Below, one piece after another: positions 1 to 9,099 of a DNA stretch of 57,006 bases. The position numbers were made by a program, and so were the translations under genes. Below the pieces are notes generated by a model that saw only the letters and a program-made list of their open reading frames with translations, did not search any database and had not been told where the DNA came from. Numbering within the stretch: position 1 is the stretch's first letter; every line of letters begins with the position of its first letter. Origin of the DNA: a virus (taxonomy: Duplodnaviria; Caudoviricetes); the IMG/VR virus record IMGVR_UViG_3300009163_000040, positions 1 through 57,006 of that record; one strand, written 5' to 3'.

Positions 1-1199
1 CCACCCTTCTGGTATCCACGGGCGGGAGTCACCGCTCCCCCCTCTCTTTTCCCAATGTCGGGCGTCCCCGTGTCGTATGTTCCCTCGTTGAACTGCGACT
101 TGATTCTGTTGCGGTCGAATACGCCGAAAGTCTCCGAACCCGCCTCCGGCGCTCTGATGCCGTCGTACCCCCGGTCCATCGCAGCATCACGGAATTGCGG
201 GGAGTCAATAATTCGCCATGCCTGTTTGGGCTTCTCGATTTCGTTTTCGAGTAACCACTCTTTAAAGTCCGATCTGCTGAATCCCAGATCTTCCGCGAAT
301 TTCCACACCTCGGGCGTTATTCGCTTGTTCAAATCGAACGGTATCTCGATCGGGTTCTTTAGCTGAATATGCGCCGGGAAGATCGCCCCCTGCTCACCGG
401 GGTACTCCATGTATTTGTACGTGTACTGGTCGGCGAAATTGGGGTCCGTTGCCAACCAGTGGATGTCGCTCTGATCGGGCTCGTAGTGGGCGAATTGCGA
501 ATCCTCCACGATGCCCTCAGGTACGTTGGACCCGTGGTATACCCGGTGTTGAACAGCGCTCGGGCCGACGAATTTACGTAGGTTCTTGGCGCTCTCGCGT
601 TGGGGCAGCACGTTAGGAGCTTTGTTGACATTAATCCCCAGTGCCTTGGCCAGCTTCTCTACATCGAGGCTCGACGATAGTGTGCCACCGGGCGCTTGCC
701 TTGGAGCTTTGGCTGCGGTCTTCGCCCCCTTGGCCGCCTGCTCTACCACCTGCTGCATGGCTTTTCGCACTCCACCACCCTTCTGGTATCCGCGTTTCGC
801 ATTCGGAGGCGTCGCTCGCAATTCCGGTCCGCCGTAGGTCGGCGCATTCTGCCGCTCGAAATCCACCCGCCGAGTGGCGGTGCTCGGATCGTAGACCTTG
901 CCCGATCGCGCAGCGAGCATGTGCTTGATCGCCGCCGCCCGGATCTCGGGCGTGGGGAATTGGCGCTCAAAATCCTCGATCATCCGGCGCTGCTGCTCGT
1001 CCTCGGTCGGCGCGGGCAGTGCGGTGGGCGGCAGTGGACCCCGGCGCTTGAGTAGCTCCTCGTCGTGCCCCGCGTTTGTGTCCCCGGCGTACAACCCCAT
1101 ATACATAGGGACCGAGGCGCGAGCACCGGCGAATGCCGTGGCTACATCCGCCGGTTGCAGGTCCAGCGACTTTGCTAAATCTTCATACCAACTCGCCAT
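1..1199 (-). CDS. Polyvalent-type protein with ART-PolyVal-like ADP-ribosyltransferase domain (3'-truncated at window edge; not in ORF track)
   Basis: Manual translation from ATG 1199 (GAGGTG RBS) stays open to position 1: MASWYEDL...RGYQKGG...VYHGSN...HWLATDPNFADQY...IFPAHIQLKNP...RGYDGI...ETFGVFDRNRIKSQFNEGTYD...PDI...RGYQKGG. Confidence 0.75.
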   Translation of the reverse strand, partial: MASWYEDLAKSLDLQPADVATAFAGARASVPMYMGLYAGDTNAGHDEELLKRRGPLPPTALPAPTEDEQQRRMIEDFERQFPTPEIRAAAIKHMLAARSGKVYDPSTATRRVDFERQNAPTYGGPELRATPPNAKRGYQKGGGVRKAMQQVVEQAAKGAKTAAKAPRQAPGGTLSSSLDVEKLAKALGINVNKAPNVLPQRESAKNLRKFVGPSAVQHRVYHGSNVPEGIVEDSQFAHYEPDQSDIHWLATDPNFADQYTYKYMEYPGEQGAIFPAHIQLKNPIEIPFDLNKRITPEVWKFAEDLGFSRSDFKEWLLENEIEKPKQAWRIIDSPQFRDAAMDRGYDGIRAPEAGSETFGVFDRNRIKSQFNEGTYDTGTPDIGKREGGAVTPARGYQKG

Positions 1200-1207
1200 G
1201 TGTCACC

Positions 1208-2689
1208 TCACTGTGCATAGGGGTTGCCTTTGACGCTTTGCACCTCGTCCGCGTACTCGTCGTCGGGCACCGGGTCGAAATTCAGGAAGCCCATGTCGCG
1301 CAGTAGTCGCAGCGCTTGGGTCGTCGTATCGGTCAGGTCGTCCCGCTCCGAGTCGGGGAACGAGCAGATCTGGCTCACCAGCGGCTCCGCCCAATCTCGG
1401 GGTTGGCCCCGGTGCACCGTGGATTCGGGCACATACACGCGGCCATGCAGGATGATGTTGGCCACGAGGTGCAGCCGCTGGACCTTGTCGGCTCGCCCCG
1501 GGTTGTAGGCTCGGCAGGGCACCTGCGCCCGCTGCAAGTCCTGCAGGATGCTGATCCCCGAGGCTTTGTCCTCGACGAGCACTAGGTCCACCTTTTTGCC
1601 CGGATCGCCGTAGGTCGCCTTGTACTCTTCGATCACCCGGGGGCGCAAGTCGGGGTAGGCGAGGAAGTCCTCCCAGCAATCGATAAGCATGGCGCACAGC
1701 GGGCGATCCTCGTTTGGCCGGAAAATCCCCCAAGTGCTGCACGCAGTCGGATCGTTGATCGTCTTCTCGGTGTACGCGCAATCGTACGATTGCAGGATGT
1801 AGAGGAACTCGGGCAGCGCACGATCGGCATCCCAAAGCTTGAACCACTCGCGCTTCACGATCCCGTAGTCCTCGGGATCGATGACCTCCGCGTACAGTTC
1901 CTGCCGCCCGAGCCGGGTGCCCTCGTACTGCGCCACGATCTCGTCGCGAAACGTGGGGGCGAGGTTGTTGAAATTCTCGTGCGTCGTGCCGGTGGTGAGA
2001 AACACGCGGTCGTCATCCATGAGTCGGCGCACGATGGGGATCGGCTTGGGCGTGGTGGTGACGCAGACGCGGGGCTTTTGCCCGAGGCGCAAGCCAAACA
2101 TAAGGTTGGACCACATAGCCTCGACGTTGCGGAATTTCGCTAGCTCGTCCACCCAAGCCAGATCATGCTGGGGACCGCGCAGCGTCTCCGGGTCGTTGTC
2201 CGAATAGATCGTCGCGATCGCGCCGTTGGGCCACTCTATCCGGCGTTTCGAGGGGACAAACACCGGTTTGCACTTGGGGTGCGAGATAGCGAGGATGCCC
2301 GATTCGCCCTCGATCATCACGTCGCGGGCGTCCCCCGCGTCCTCAGCGATGAGCGCCACGCGTCCAGCGAGCCCGTTTTCGACGTGGTAGCGCACGAACT
2401 CGGCACCACACCGGGTTTTGCCCCACCCGCGACCAGCGAGGATGAGCCAGATGGTCCACAAATCGCCGGGGGGTATGTACTGGTTGGACCTCGCCCACGA
2501 GTGCCAATCGTAGTAAAGCTCGATAGCCTCAGTGTTGGACAACTCCGCGACGAACTCCCGCAGGTTCGCCGGGTCAACGAGGTTTCGGGCTCTACTAGCC
2601 TTCTGCCTTTGACTTCTGCTCAAGCCGTTGTGCAAGGCGATCACGGAGCCCCTCGATATTGACGTTGGAGTCGAGCGAACCGGAAACAT
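1208..2689 (-). CDS. terL: Terminase large subunit
   Basis: Walker A GRGWGKT, LRGPQ, Walker B WVDE, TTTP, C-terminal RNase H-like SYD...EDKASG...DDLTD; true start may be GTG 2644. Confidence 0.95.
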   Translation of the reverse strand: MFPVRSTPTSISRGSVIALHNGLSRSQRQKASRARNLVDPANLREFVAELSNTEAIELYYDWHSWARSNQYIPPGDLWTIWLILAGRGWGKTRCGAEFVRYHVENGLAGRVALIAEDAGDARDVMIEGESGILAISHPKCKPVFVPSKRRIEWPNGAIATIYSDNDPETLRGPQHDLAWVDELAKFRNVEAMWSNLMFGLRLGQKPRVCVTTTPKPIPIVRRLMDDDRVFLTTGTTHENFNNLAPTFRDEIVAQYEGTRLGRQELYAEVIDPEDYGIVKREWFKLWDADRALPEFLYILQSYDCAYTEKTINDPTACSTWGIFRPNEDRPLCAMLIDCWEDFLAYPDLRPRVIEEYKATYGDPGKKVDLVLVEDKASGISILQDLQRAQVPCRAYNPGRADKVQRLHLVANIILHGRVYVPESTVHRGQPRDWAEPLVSQICSFPDSERDDLTDTTTQALRLLRDMGFLNFDPVPDDEYADEVQSVKGNPYAQ

Positions 2690-3257
2690 TCATGTTCACA
2701 TCTTTCGCTCGGAATTTTGCATCGTAGCCCATGAGCGTGAACTGCAGCAGCCCATCACTGAACCGTTTCACCGTGTCGCCCGTTTTGACGCCTTGGTGCA
2801 CCAGCGGCTCGTCGTGTCCAACCACCGATCGCCGGTAGGCTTCGGCGCGCATCGTGTCAACCATCTCCTCTTGGATCGCCTCCATGAGCGAGTCGTAAAG
2901 CCGGTGGTCCCTGCGCCACCCGAGCAGGGTAGTGCGGTGCACCCCGGCGGTCGTGTAGGCGTGGCGCATCGAGAACATCGAGGATGCCGGACCGTCGCGG
3001 TACTCGGCCAAGACGATCAGCATTTTGAGTGCTCGTGTTTCCTCATGCAGCTGCAATGCGCCGATCGCTTCGATCGCCGGATCGTTGCACGTGAGCGAGT
3101 GCGCCAAACGGCACGATTCGCTAGGTGGGAGGCGGACGCGGTCCCGGCGGATGGCGTCCAACAGAGTGCGGGCCGAGATACCGGCACGGCGCTCGTAGTC
3201 CGCAAGGGTTTCGGCACCAACTTGGTCGAGGGTCGTGAGGTCATCGTGGAAAGACAT
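2595..3257 (-). CDS. terS: Terminase small subunit
   Basis: Immediately upstream of terL; HTH-like AGVHRTTLLGWRR and AEAYRR...G...SDGLLQF; start trimmed to MSFHDD because the longer ORF runs through a repeat locus. Confidence 0.75.
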   Translation of the reverse strand: MSFHDDLTTLDQVGAETLADYERRAGISARTLLDAIRRDRVRLPPSESCRLAHSLTCNDPAIEAIGALQLHEETRALKMLIVLAEYRDGPASSMFSMRHAYTTAGVHRTTLLGWRRDHRLYDSLMEAIQEEMVDTMRAEAYRRSVVGHDEPLVHQGVKTGDTVKRFSDGLLQFTLMGYDAKFRAKDVNMNVSGSLDSNVNIEGLRDRLAQRLEQKSKAEG

Positions 3258-3360
3258 GGACGAATTAAAACACAGGCGGCGGGGGGCGCACAATGGGTCG
3301 TTTTGCAGACAGGACGAGTTATGAAAACGGGCTTGAGCATAACTCCGGGTTATAAAGACA

Positions 3361-3660
3361 CGCACGCGTACACGAGGAGCCCCCAAGAGAACCCTCGTGT
3401 GGTGGTGGATTCTTCTTGCCGTCTGAAGCGCTTCGCTCGTGTTCCATCGTTCCACAATGATGGAACGGCTTATGGAACGCTTCTCCCATTCGAAAGCGGG
3501 TTCGTGTTCCATCGTTCCACCTCACATCCCCCCAAGGTTCGATTCTCGTGACAGGGCCTCATGGGTGTGCGCATGTGTAACGGTGGAACGGAGGCTCTTT
3601 TTTCGAATGGGGAGGGTGTTCCATTGTGCGTTCCATCATTGTGGAACGGTGGAACGCGGT
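3361..3660. repeat. Non-coding repeat locus A: imperfect ~80 bp inverted repeat (3441-3520 / 3577-3655) built from GTTCCA/TGGAAC hexamers
   Basis: 11 hexamer copies counted; arms share gttccaYcgttccacaatgatggaacg...cccattcgaaa. Confidence 0.85.
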
Positions 3661-3733
3661 GGGGTTTCGTTCCTCGCTCGTATTGCGCGAGCGTCGGGCG
3701 GAGAACGACAAGTCCCCGAGCCCTAAGCGGCGA

Positions 3734-4165
3734 TTACAACACGCGAGCGGCCAGCGCGTCAAGTAGTTGAGCCCCGCGAGCGTTTCGCACCGGCACGATT
3801 CTGCCGAACTCGCTCCACTCGGCGCGGGTCCAGTCCATACACAGGGCGGCGGTAGCGGCGTTGAAGACGTAGACCTCCTCGAGCACTTGCACGACGAGCC
3901 ACGATTGGCCCCCGTGCAGCGAGTGCCGGTTCGCCCAATACCGCTGGCCGGTGGTCCAGTGCTCTATCCGCACCGGGGTGGTGGCGCGTTTCGGCCACTC
4001 GGGCAGGACCTTGAGCTCCACCCACCCCCGCAGTGCTAGGGTCGCCTCCGCGATGTACAGGTCCGGCGTGTCGCGTTTCACCCGGTTCTCCACCCGCTCG
4101 ATGAACGCCGCCGGACCGATGGTGCGCCGCAACCAGTCGTAGAGCCGCTGCTCAGGGAGTCGCAT
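3734..4165 (-). CDS. PD-(D/E)XK nuclease, Holliday-junction resolvase / VRR-NUC-like
   Basis: RVEN...TPDL...WVELK...GQ..W...GG.SWLVV pattern. Confidence 0.7.
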   Translation of the reverse strand: MRLPEQRLYDWLRRTIGPAAFIERVENRVKRDTPDLYIAEATLALRGWVELKVLPEWPKRATTPVRIEHWTTGQRYWANRHSLHGGQSWLVVQVLEEVYVFNAATAALCMDWTRAEWSEFGRIVPVRNARGAQLLDALAARVL

Positions 4166-4355
4166 GGTCGCTCCGTGGGGTCTCCGAGCCCTCCGGCGGG
4201 GTCTCCTCGGGCTTCGAGATAGTAGTACCGGTATGGTAATAGCCCGGTAGTGCTTCGGGCGCTCTCCGGGGCTGTTCTCGTGTGCCCAAGGGCTCCCGCA
4301 TTTTGGCTCTGTAGTAGGCCGGGAGATCGGTGTCGGTGAGGTCCCAGCTGCTCAT
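4152..4355 (-). CDS. Hypothetical protein (67 aa)
   Basis: ATGA overlap with upstream gene; MSSWDLTD... Confidence 0.4.
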   Translation of the reverse strand: MSSWDLTDTDLPAYYRAKMREPLGTREQPRRAPEALPGYYHTGTTISKPEETPPEGSETPRSDHATP

Positions 4356-4771
4356 AAACCCGCCCTGCGCAGTGCGTTCGCGAGCCGCATAGCGGCCACG
4401 CCCGGGTTGGGCGCTCCGGTAAAGATCGCCGGGTCCACGCCGAATTTCGCGCACAGGACGAGCCGCTCCTCGCGGGTTTTGTGGATGATCAGCAGCGATT
4501 GCACGGCGTCCAGCGCCCGAGCCGCCTTTGGCACCGGCGGCAGCGCTCGCACCGCCCGGGGCACGGGCGGCAGCTCTCGTTCGACTTGGGGTGCGCGGGG
4601 GGCGGGCACCCGGTGTTCGGCCACCTCGCCCGCTCGGATCGTGTACCCCGACTCGGTGGTGTACGAGTACCCGTTCTTGCGGGCGAATTCGCCTTTGGCC
4701 CAATACGGCGTGTAGTCCGGATCTCCGGTGGGGCGGGGTACGTGTTCGGTGTGGGCGGTGAAAGCGGCCAT
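4352..4771 (-). CDS. Hypothetical early protein (139 aa) with C-terminal NPG..M.L.N.LRRA motif
   Basis: Start trimmed to MAAFTAH; packed with neighbours. Confidence 0.6.
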   Translation of the reverse strand: MAAFTAHTEHVPRPTGDPDYTPYWAKGEFARKNGYSYTTESGYTIRAGEVAEHRVPAPRAPQVERELPPVPRAVRALPPVPKAARALDAVQSLLIIHKTREERLVLCAKFGVDPAIFTGAPNPGVAAMRLANALRRAGL

Positions 4772-4779
4772 TGCGGGGC

Positions 4780-5034
4780 TCACTCCGCTTTGCCGGTGGA
4801 GACGTGGACGAGGCAATCGGCGATCATGTCGCTCCACTTCTCGTCCGCGCCCTCGCTGTACGCGTCCAGCACCTCGTCGAGCGAGGCGTCCTCCAGATAG
4901 TCGTTGGCGCAATCGACGAGTTCAGCCGCGCGGGCCAGCGCTGCAACTCCGTCCGGGGTCAGGCCGAGCTCGGCCAGCGCCTTGGTGGCTTGCAGCAGGA
5001 GCCGGTGTGCGGCGGGGGTCAGGTTAACTTGCAT
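4780..5034 (-). CDS. Hypothetical early protein (84 aa)
   Basis: GAGGA RBS directly behind a consensus promoter. Confidence 0.7.
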   Translation of the reverse strand: MQVNLTPAAHRLLLQATKALAELGLTPDGVAALARAAELVDCANDYLEDASLDEVLDAYSEGADEKWSDMIADCLVHVSTGKAE

Positions 5035-5067
5035 GGTGTCCTCTATGGTGGTTGGTTGAAAAGCCCG

Positions 5068-5096
5068 ATTATAACACGGGCGCTACAAGCTGTCAA
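5068..5096 (-). promoter_or_regulatory. sigma70 early promoter P1
   Basis: TTGACA-17 nt-TATAAT with TGn extended -10. Confidence 0.9.
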
Positions 5097-5264
5097 TTAC
5101 CGCGATTCGAGAAACGCGAACAGCGGGATGGCGGCGAGCGAGAGCGCGCCGACGGTGGCCAACGTACCGCTATCGAGCCCGGTAGCGGAGGCGTAAATCG
5201 TGGCGACCAGCAGCACGAAGGATTTCGCACAGTAGAAGATCGTGATCGAGTAGTCTTTGCTCAT
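5097..5264 (-). CDS. Small hydrophobic membrane protein (55 aa)
   Basis: Manual translation MSKDYSITIFYCAKSFVLLVATIYASATGL...LAAIPLFAFLESR. Confidence 0.5.
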   Translation of the reverse strand: MSKDYSITIFYCAKSFVLLVATIYASATGLDSGTLATVGALSLAAIPLFAFLESR

Positions 5265-5270
5265 CGTGCA

Positions 5271-5489
5271 TCACCCCCTTAGGTTTTCGTCTATGAACGT
5301 TTCCAGCGCTCGCAGTGCGAGCCACTGGTCCAGCGCCCGCCCCGAGCAGTCCCGAGCGGCAAGCTCGAACTCGGCATCGATGCGGGGGTAGTCGATGGTG
5401 GCCCGGAAGTCGATGCGCTGACCATCCAGCAGCATTTCGCCCCGGATGGTCGCCCCGGCCACTCGAAGGGCGGCGCGCTTAGGCTGCAT
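5271..5489 (-). CDS. Hypothetical protein
   Basis: Start trimmed to MQPKRAAL; GGAGG RBS. Confidence 0.55.
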   Translation of the reverse strand: MQPKRAALRVAGATIRGEMLLDGQRIDFRATIDYPRIDAEFELAARDCSGRALDQWLALRALETFIDENLRG

Positions 5490-5946
5490 TTGCGGCTGCC
5501 TCGCGCAGTGCACGGCGCAGCATGTTGCCCAGATTCATCCGCTGCATGCCGGGGTTGAGGTGGGAGAAGCGGGCGGTCAGGTCGTCGATCGACGTGGTGC
5601 TGTGTGCCGCCACCGTTTTGTATACCTGCTCCAGCGTCAGGGGGCGCAGTTGCAGCGCCACCCCGTCGCCCTTGTCGATCGATCGCTTGGTCGCGCCCTC
5701 GGTGGTCAGCGTCTTGTACGCCTCGTACTGCGGCAGGTACCCGGCGAAGACCACGCCGTTCTTGCGCTCTTCGATCAGGCGCAGGGTGGTCGGCGCGGTG
5801 ATGGTGGTCAGGTCCGAGAGCGCGCCGTTGCGCACCTTGAACGTTTGGCCTCCCTCGACGCCGACGGCGCACACCGTGGTCCAGCCGCCGCTCACGCTGA
5901 CGATTTGCATTTGGACGCCGGTGTTGGTGATTGTAGCTACTTGCAT
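5479..5946 (-). CDS. Hypothetical early protein with C-terminal HLNPGMQRMNLGNMLRRA motif
   Basis: Start MQVATI with GAGGA RBS behind promoter P2. Confidence 0.7.
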   Translation of the reverse strand: MQVATITNTGVQMQIVSVSGGWTTVCAVGVEGGQTFKVRNGALSDLTTITAPTTLRLIEERKNGVVFAGYLPQYEAYKTLTTEGATKRSIDKGDGVALQLRPLTLEQVYKTVAAHSTTSIDDLTARFSHLNPGMQRMNLGNMLRRALREAAANAA

Positions 5947-5978
5947 TTTGATGTCCTCTATTGGTTGGTGAAGTCTCA

Positions 5979-6007
5979 ATTATAACACAGGTGGAACAGG
6001 TTGTCAA
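5979..6007 (-). promoter_or_regulatory. sigma70 early promoter P2
   Basis: TTGACA-17-TATAAT, TGn. Confidence 0.9.
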
Positions 6008-6297
6008 TACCCCATCACGCCGGGGGGTGTCGCAAATGCGACTCCGGAGGCGTCGGCGATGGTGGCGACGTACTCGGAGACGTGCTCGTTCCAGATTTCG
6101 GCGGGCCAATAGACCGTGTAGCCCTCGCCGGGTACTTCCCGCACGATGGCCCCAGCACGGGGTAGCCCGTCCAAATCGGAGCCTCGGGCGATGAACGTCG
6201 AAACGCAAGGGGCGTCCGTCGCGCCGTACCAAAGGACCGGCAGCTCCCGGTTGGCGATCGCGTCGATCAAGTCGGCGGTGGTGTTGAGTATGATCAT
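6004..6297 (-). CDS. Hypothetical protein (97 aa)
   Basis: GAGGA RBS; ORF track. Confidence 0.6.
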   Translation of the reverse strand: MIILNTTADLIDAIANRELPVLWYGATDAPCVSTFIARGSDLDGLPRAGAIVREVPGEGYTVYWPAEIWNEHVSEYVATIADASGVAFATPPGVMGY

Positions 6298-6316
6298 GGT
6301 CGTTTATCCTCGATAG

Positions 6317-6466
6317 TTAAACTGAGTGTCTCGCTGAGACCGGTATGTAGCCGTACTTTTTCCACTCCATCCTGATCAGTGGGCTGTACGGGGTCTTGCT
6401 TGCGTCCGCTTTTGCCAATGCAGCATGCACTTGGCCGCGAACTTGATAAATTTCGCTTTTGCGCAT
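6317..6466 (-). CDS. Hypothetical protein (49 aa)
   Basis: TAATG coupling to upstream gene; MRKSEIYQVRG...ARHSV. Confidence 0.5.
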   Translation of the reverse strand: MRKSEIYQVRGQVHAALAKADASKTPYSPLIRMEWKKYGYIPVSARHSV

Positions 6467-6753
6467 TATGCACCCCCCACCGGCACGCTGCCGACCATTT
6501 CGCCATCCATCACGTCGAACAGCACGGATTTCGCGATGTTCAGCACTTGGCGTGCTCGCTCCACGTCGCCGTGGGCCATCAGCTCTTGCGCGTCGGACAT
6601 GAGTCCGGCGACGATCATGTTAGCGCCGACGCATTTGTAGGTCGCGCTCTGCCGCATGTCGCGCTTGCACTCGTCGATATCGACGACGCCGTACATGCGG
6701 ATGTTGCGCTCGGTCCACTCGGCGTCCAGTGTCTGGGTTAGTGTATGTGCCAT
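6466..6753 (-). CDS. Hypothetical early protein (95 aa)
   Basis: GAGGA RBS behind promoter P3. Confidence 0.7.
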   Translation of the reverse strand: MAHTLTQTLDAEWTERNIRMYGVVDIDECKRDMRQSATYKCVGANMIVAGLMSDAQELMAHGDVERARQVLNIAKSVLFDVMDGEMVGSVPVGGA

Positions 6754-6789
6754 TTGGGTTTGTCCTCTATCGGTTGGTTGAAAAGCCCG

Positions 6790-6818
6790 ATTATAACACG
6801 GGTGCTACAAGCTGTCAA
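6790..6818 (-). promoter_or_regulatory. sigma70 early promoter P3 (near-identical to P1)
   Basis: TTGACA-17-TATAAT, TGn. Confidence 0.9.
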
Positions 6819-7533
6819 GTATCCCCTCCAGCGCGGTCAGTCCCCCGTTGCAGTAATGGAAGCACCCTTGGTCGCGCCAACTCTCTTGCACCCGGTGGGA
6901 GACGAACCGGGTCATCATCACGATGTGCGCCCGACGCGACGGCTTGCGCCTCGCCGCTTCGTCCGAGTCGAGGTAGTCGATATCGAGCCGCTCTCGGTAT
7001 CGCTCCCGCAACGCCTGCCCCATTTGCGGCTGCACGCCGAGGAGCCAAACGCCGGGGCGGGCCTTGCCCGTGCCAATCGCCGATTGTGGGACGACCACCG
7101 CCGGGGAGGCCCGCTGTGGCTCGCGTTGGGGCAGCTGCAGCAGCACCCGCTCGGCCACTCGGTCCGCCACTCGGTCCGCGATGGCGTCCAGCAGCGCTTC
7201 CAGTACCCCCGCGAGCCCTCCGGCGGGGCCGCTTCGGGCCTCCGGCGTGGGGGCGGGTATGCTAATAGGGGCGGCGGGCTCCGGTGCCTTCGCGACCTTC
7301 TCTTCGGGGGCTCGGCGGCTGAACTTGACCGCTTGGGTCTGCGCCTGCTCCAACGCCATTTTGTAGTTGAACACTCGTTGGTCGGTGATGACGACTCGGC
7401 GCTCGGCGGGTAGCGCCTCCTGCGCCATGGAAAGGGCGTATTTGCGCGGCAAGTCGCGTTTGACGCAGTACAGCTCGAAGAGCCGGTGGTTAACGGTTTC
7501 GCGTTCGGCGCGGGACCAGACTATACGGGGCAT
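6805..7533 (-). CDS. Hypothetical protein (242 aa)
   Basis: GAGGA RBS; ORF track. Confidence 0.65.
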   Translation of the reverse strand: MPRIVWSRAERETVNHRLFELYCVKRDLPRKYALSMAQEALPAERRVVITDQRVFNYKMALEQAQTQAVKFSRRAPEEKVAKAPEPAAPISIPAPTPEARSGPAGGLAGVLEALLDAIADRVADRVAERVLLQLPQREPQRASPAVVVPQSAIGTGKARPGVWLLGVQPQMGQALRERYRERLDIDYLDSDEAARRKPSRRAHIVMMTRFVSHRVQESWRDQGCFHYCNGGLTALEGILDSL

Positions 7534-7561
7534 GGTGGGGGGTGTCCTCTATGTGTGGGTT

Positions 7562-7587
7562 AAAAAGCGGGAGCCCGAAGGCCCCCG
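7562..7587 (-). terminator. Rho-independent terminator after DUF932 gene
   Basis: CGGGGGCC-TTCG-GGCTCCCG followed by a T-run. Confidence 0.7.
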
Positions 7588-7617
7588 ATTGAGATGGCAA
7601 CTACTAACGCGGGGGGA

Positions 7618-8595
7618 TTATACCATCGCTAGCGCCGTGGTCAGCGCGTCGCGTTTAAGTCTCGCTCCCGCGCCGAACCATGCCGATTGCAGTCGGGTAT
7701 CGCGCGATGCCGCTTTGCGTTCGTGGTCCGCGAACCGGGTCACCGCGTTGAGCAGTCCCCACGCCGTGCCGGTCGCCGATTTGGCTCGCTGGCCCACCCC
7801 GTCGAGGTAGATCTTCGTTACCATTTCGATCATCGGGCGGCGGGTCTCCACGTCCACCGACTCGGTCTCCGCGCCGTAGAACACGTCCAAGAAGTAGCGG
7901 GCCGCTTCCGCCTTGGACACCCGACGCTTGGACAGGTCCACCGCGTTGGTCTTGAACTGGTCCCACGCGCCGCCTACCAGCCCGAGATCGGTCTTGAAGC
8001 GCACCGGGTTGAACTGCGTGCTATGCGGCACCCGGATCTGGCCCGACTTATTGTCCACCGCGATCGAGAGTGTGTTGTTGCAGACCACTCGGGTGGTGGT
8101 GAATTGGGCCACGTTCGAGAGCGAGCCGTCGCAGGAGGTCGCCAGCAGCAGGTAGGGGAGCACGATGTCGCCGCCGCCCACGTCGAACGAGTCGTCGGCG
8201 CGAGCGAGCGCCCAATAGGTGGAGCCGTTGCGCAGCATCCCGGCGGTCTCCATTTTGAAGCCTCCGACGTCGCACAGGTCGCGGAAGAACTCCATCACGG
8301 CGCGGGGCTGCGTGATGTGGTAGTTGCTCGACATCACCGAGAGCGGCTTGCCCGTATCCGAGCGGTACAGCGCCCACCGAGCCGGGACGGTCTCCATGCG
8401 CACCGGGTTGCCCTCCTCGTCGCGCACCTCGTAGGCGATCGCACCCTTCTTCACCTCCCAATCGAAGCCCGCCTCGCGGGTCCAAGTATCGAGTGTCGCA
8501 TCCGGCGTCAGCACTTGGCCGAGTCCGTGCCAAGGGGTTTCGCCGACGTAGGCCATGTTAGCGCGGCCATTTGAAAAGTCTAGTTCGTGTGCCAT
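7618..8595 (-). CDS. DUF932 family phage/plasmid protein
   Basis: MAH...MAYVGETPWHGLG, ETAG.L..G, YLLLATSCDGS, RVVCNNTL, GTAWGLLNAVT.F.DH. Confidence 0.88.
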   Translation of the reverse strand: MAHELDFSNGRANMAYVGETPWHGLGQVLTPDATLDTWTREAGFDWEVKKGAIAYEVRDEEGNPVRMETVPARWALYRSDTGKPLSVMSSNYHITQPRAVMEFFRDLCDVGGFKMETAGMLRNGSTYWALARADDSFDVGGGDIVLPYLLLATSCDGSLSNVAQFTTTRVVCNNTLSIAVDNKSGQIRVPHSTQFNPVRFKTDLGLVGGAWDQFKTNAVDLSKRRVSKAEAARYFLDVFYGAETESVDVETRRPMIEMVTKIYLDGVGQRAKSATGTAWGLLNAVTRFADHERKAASRDTRLQSAWFGAGARLKRDALTTALAMV

Positions 8596-8632
8596 TTTGC
8601 AGTATCCTTTTTTGCTGGTTGATGAAGATGCT

Positions 8633-8661
8633 ATTATAACACGGGTGGGACACCCTGTCAA
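8633..8661 (-). promoter_or_regulatory. sigma70 early promoter P4
   Basis: TTGACA-17-TATAAT, TGn. Confidence 0.9.
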
Positions 8662-8769
8662 TTATTGTCCGATCGGCGGGGTCCAGTCGATGAAAAGCGC
8701 GAGCCAAATCATCACGGCGACCATGGCCCCGGATGCGGTCCACAGAAGAGCGTCGATTGCGCGCCTCAC
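8662..8769 (-). CDS. Small membrane peptide (35 aa)
   Basis: GTGA overlap; MRRAIDALLWTASGAMVAVMIWLALFIDWTPPIGQ. Confidence 0.4.
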   Translation of the reverse strand: MRRAIDALLWTASGAMVAVMIWLALFIDWTPPIGQ

Positions 8770-9062
8770 TTGACGATGTCCATCTGCACGATGTTCATCT
8801 TCTCGATTTCGACGAGGTGCGCCGCGATCCATTCTTCGCCGAGTGCAGCTCGGGCGGCGGCGGTGTCCATCGAGCGCTGCACCACGAACTTGATTTCCAC
8901 TTGGTAATGCTCGCCCCGGTAGGTGGCTGCCCCGCCCTTGCGGAACGCCTCTTTCAGATGCTTCTCCCGTGCCGTCAGCGCCCGGAGTTGGTCGCGCACT
9001 TGGGCCAGCTCGTCCACCATTGCGGTGGTGATCACTTGGGGTTTGTCTATTGTCTTTGCCAT
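8766..9062 (-). CDS. Hypothetical early protein (98 aa)
   Basis: GAGGA RBS behind promoter P5. Confidence 0.7.
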   Translation of the reverse strand: MAKTIDKPQVITTAMVDELAQVRDQLRALTAREKHLKEAFRKGGAATYRGEHYQVEIKFVVQRSMDTAAARAALGEEWIAAHLVEIEKMNIVQMDIVK

Positions 9063-9099
9063 GGTCTCAGTCCTCTATCGGTTGGTTGGTGAAGGCTCA

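Noticed and set aside
3258-3512. N-terminal extension of terS and other short ORFs in repeat loci A and B
   Set aside because: They translate the repeats themselves (recurring HRSTMME / VERWN); no RBS; better explained as non-coding
3437-3520. CRISPR mini-array (19-nt direct repeat TCGTGTTCCATCGTTCCAC, 46-nt gap)
   Set aside because: Only two short copies, embedded in an inverted-repeat structure with hexamers in both orientations; no cas genes
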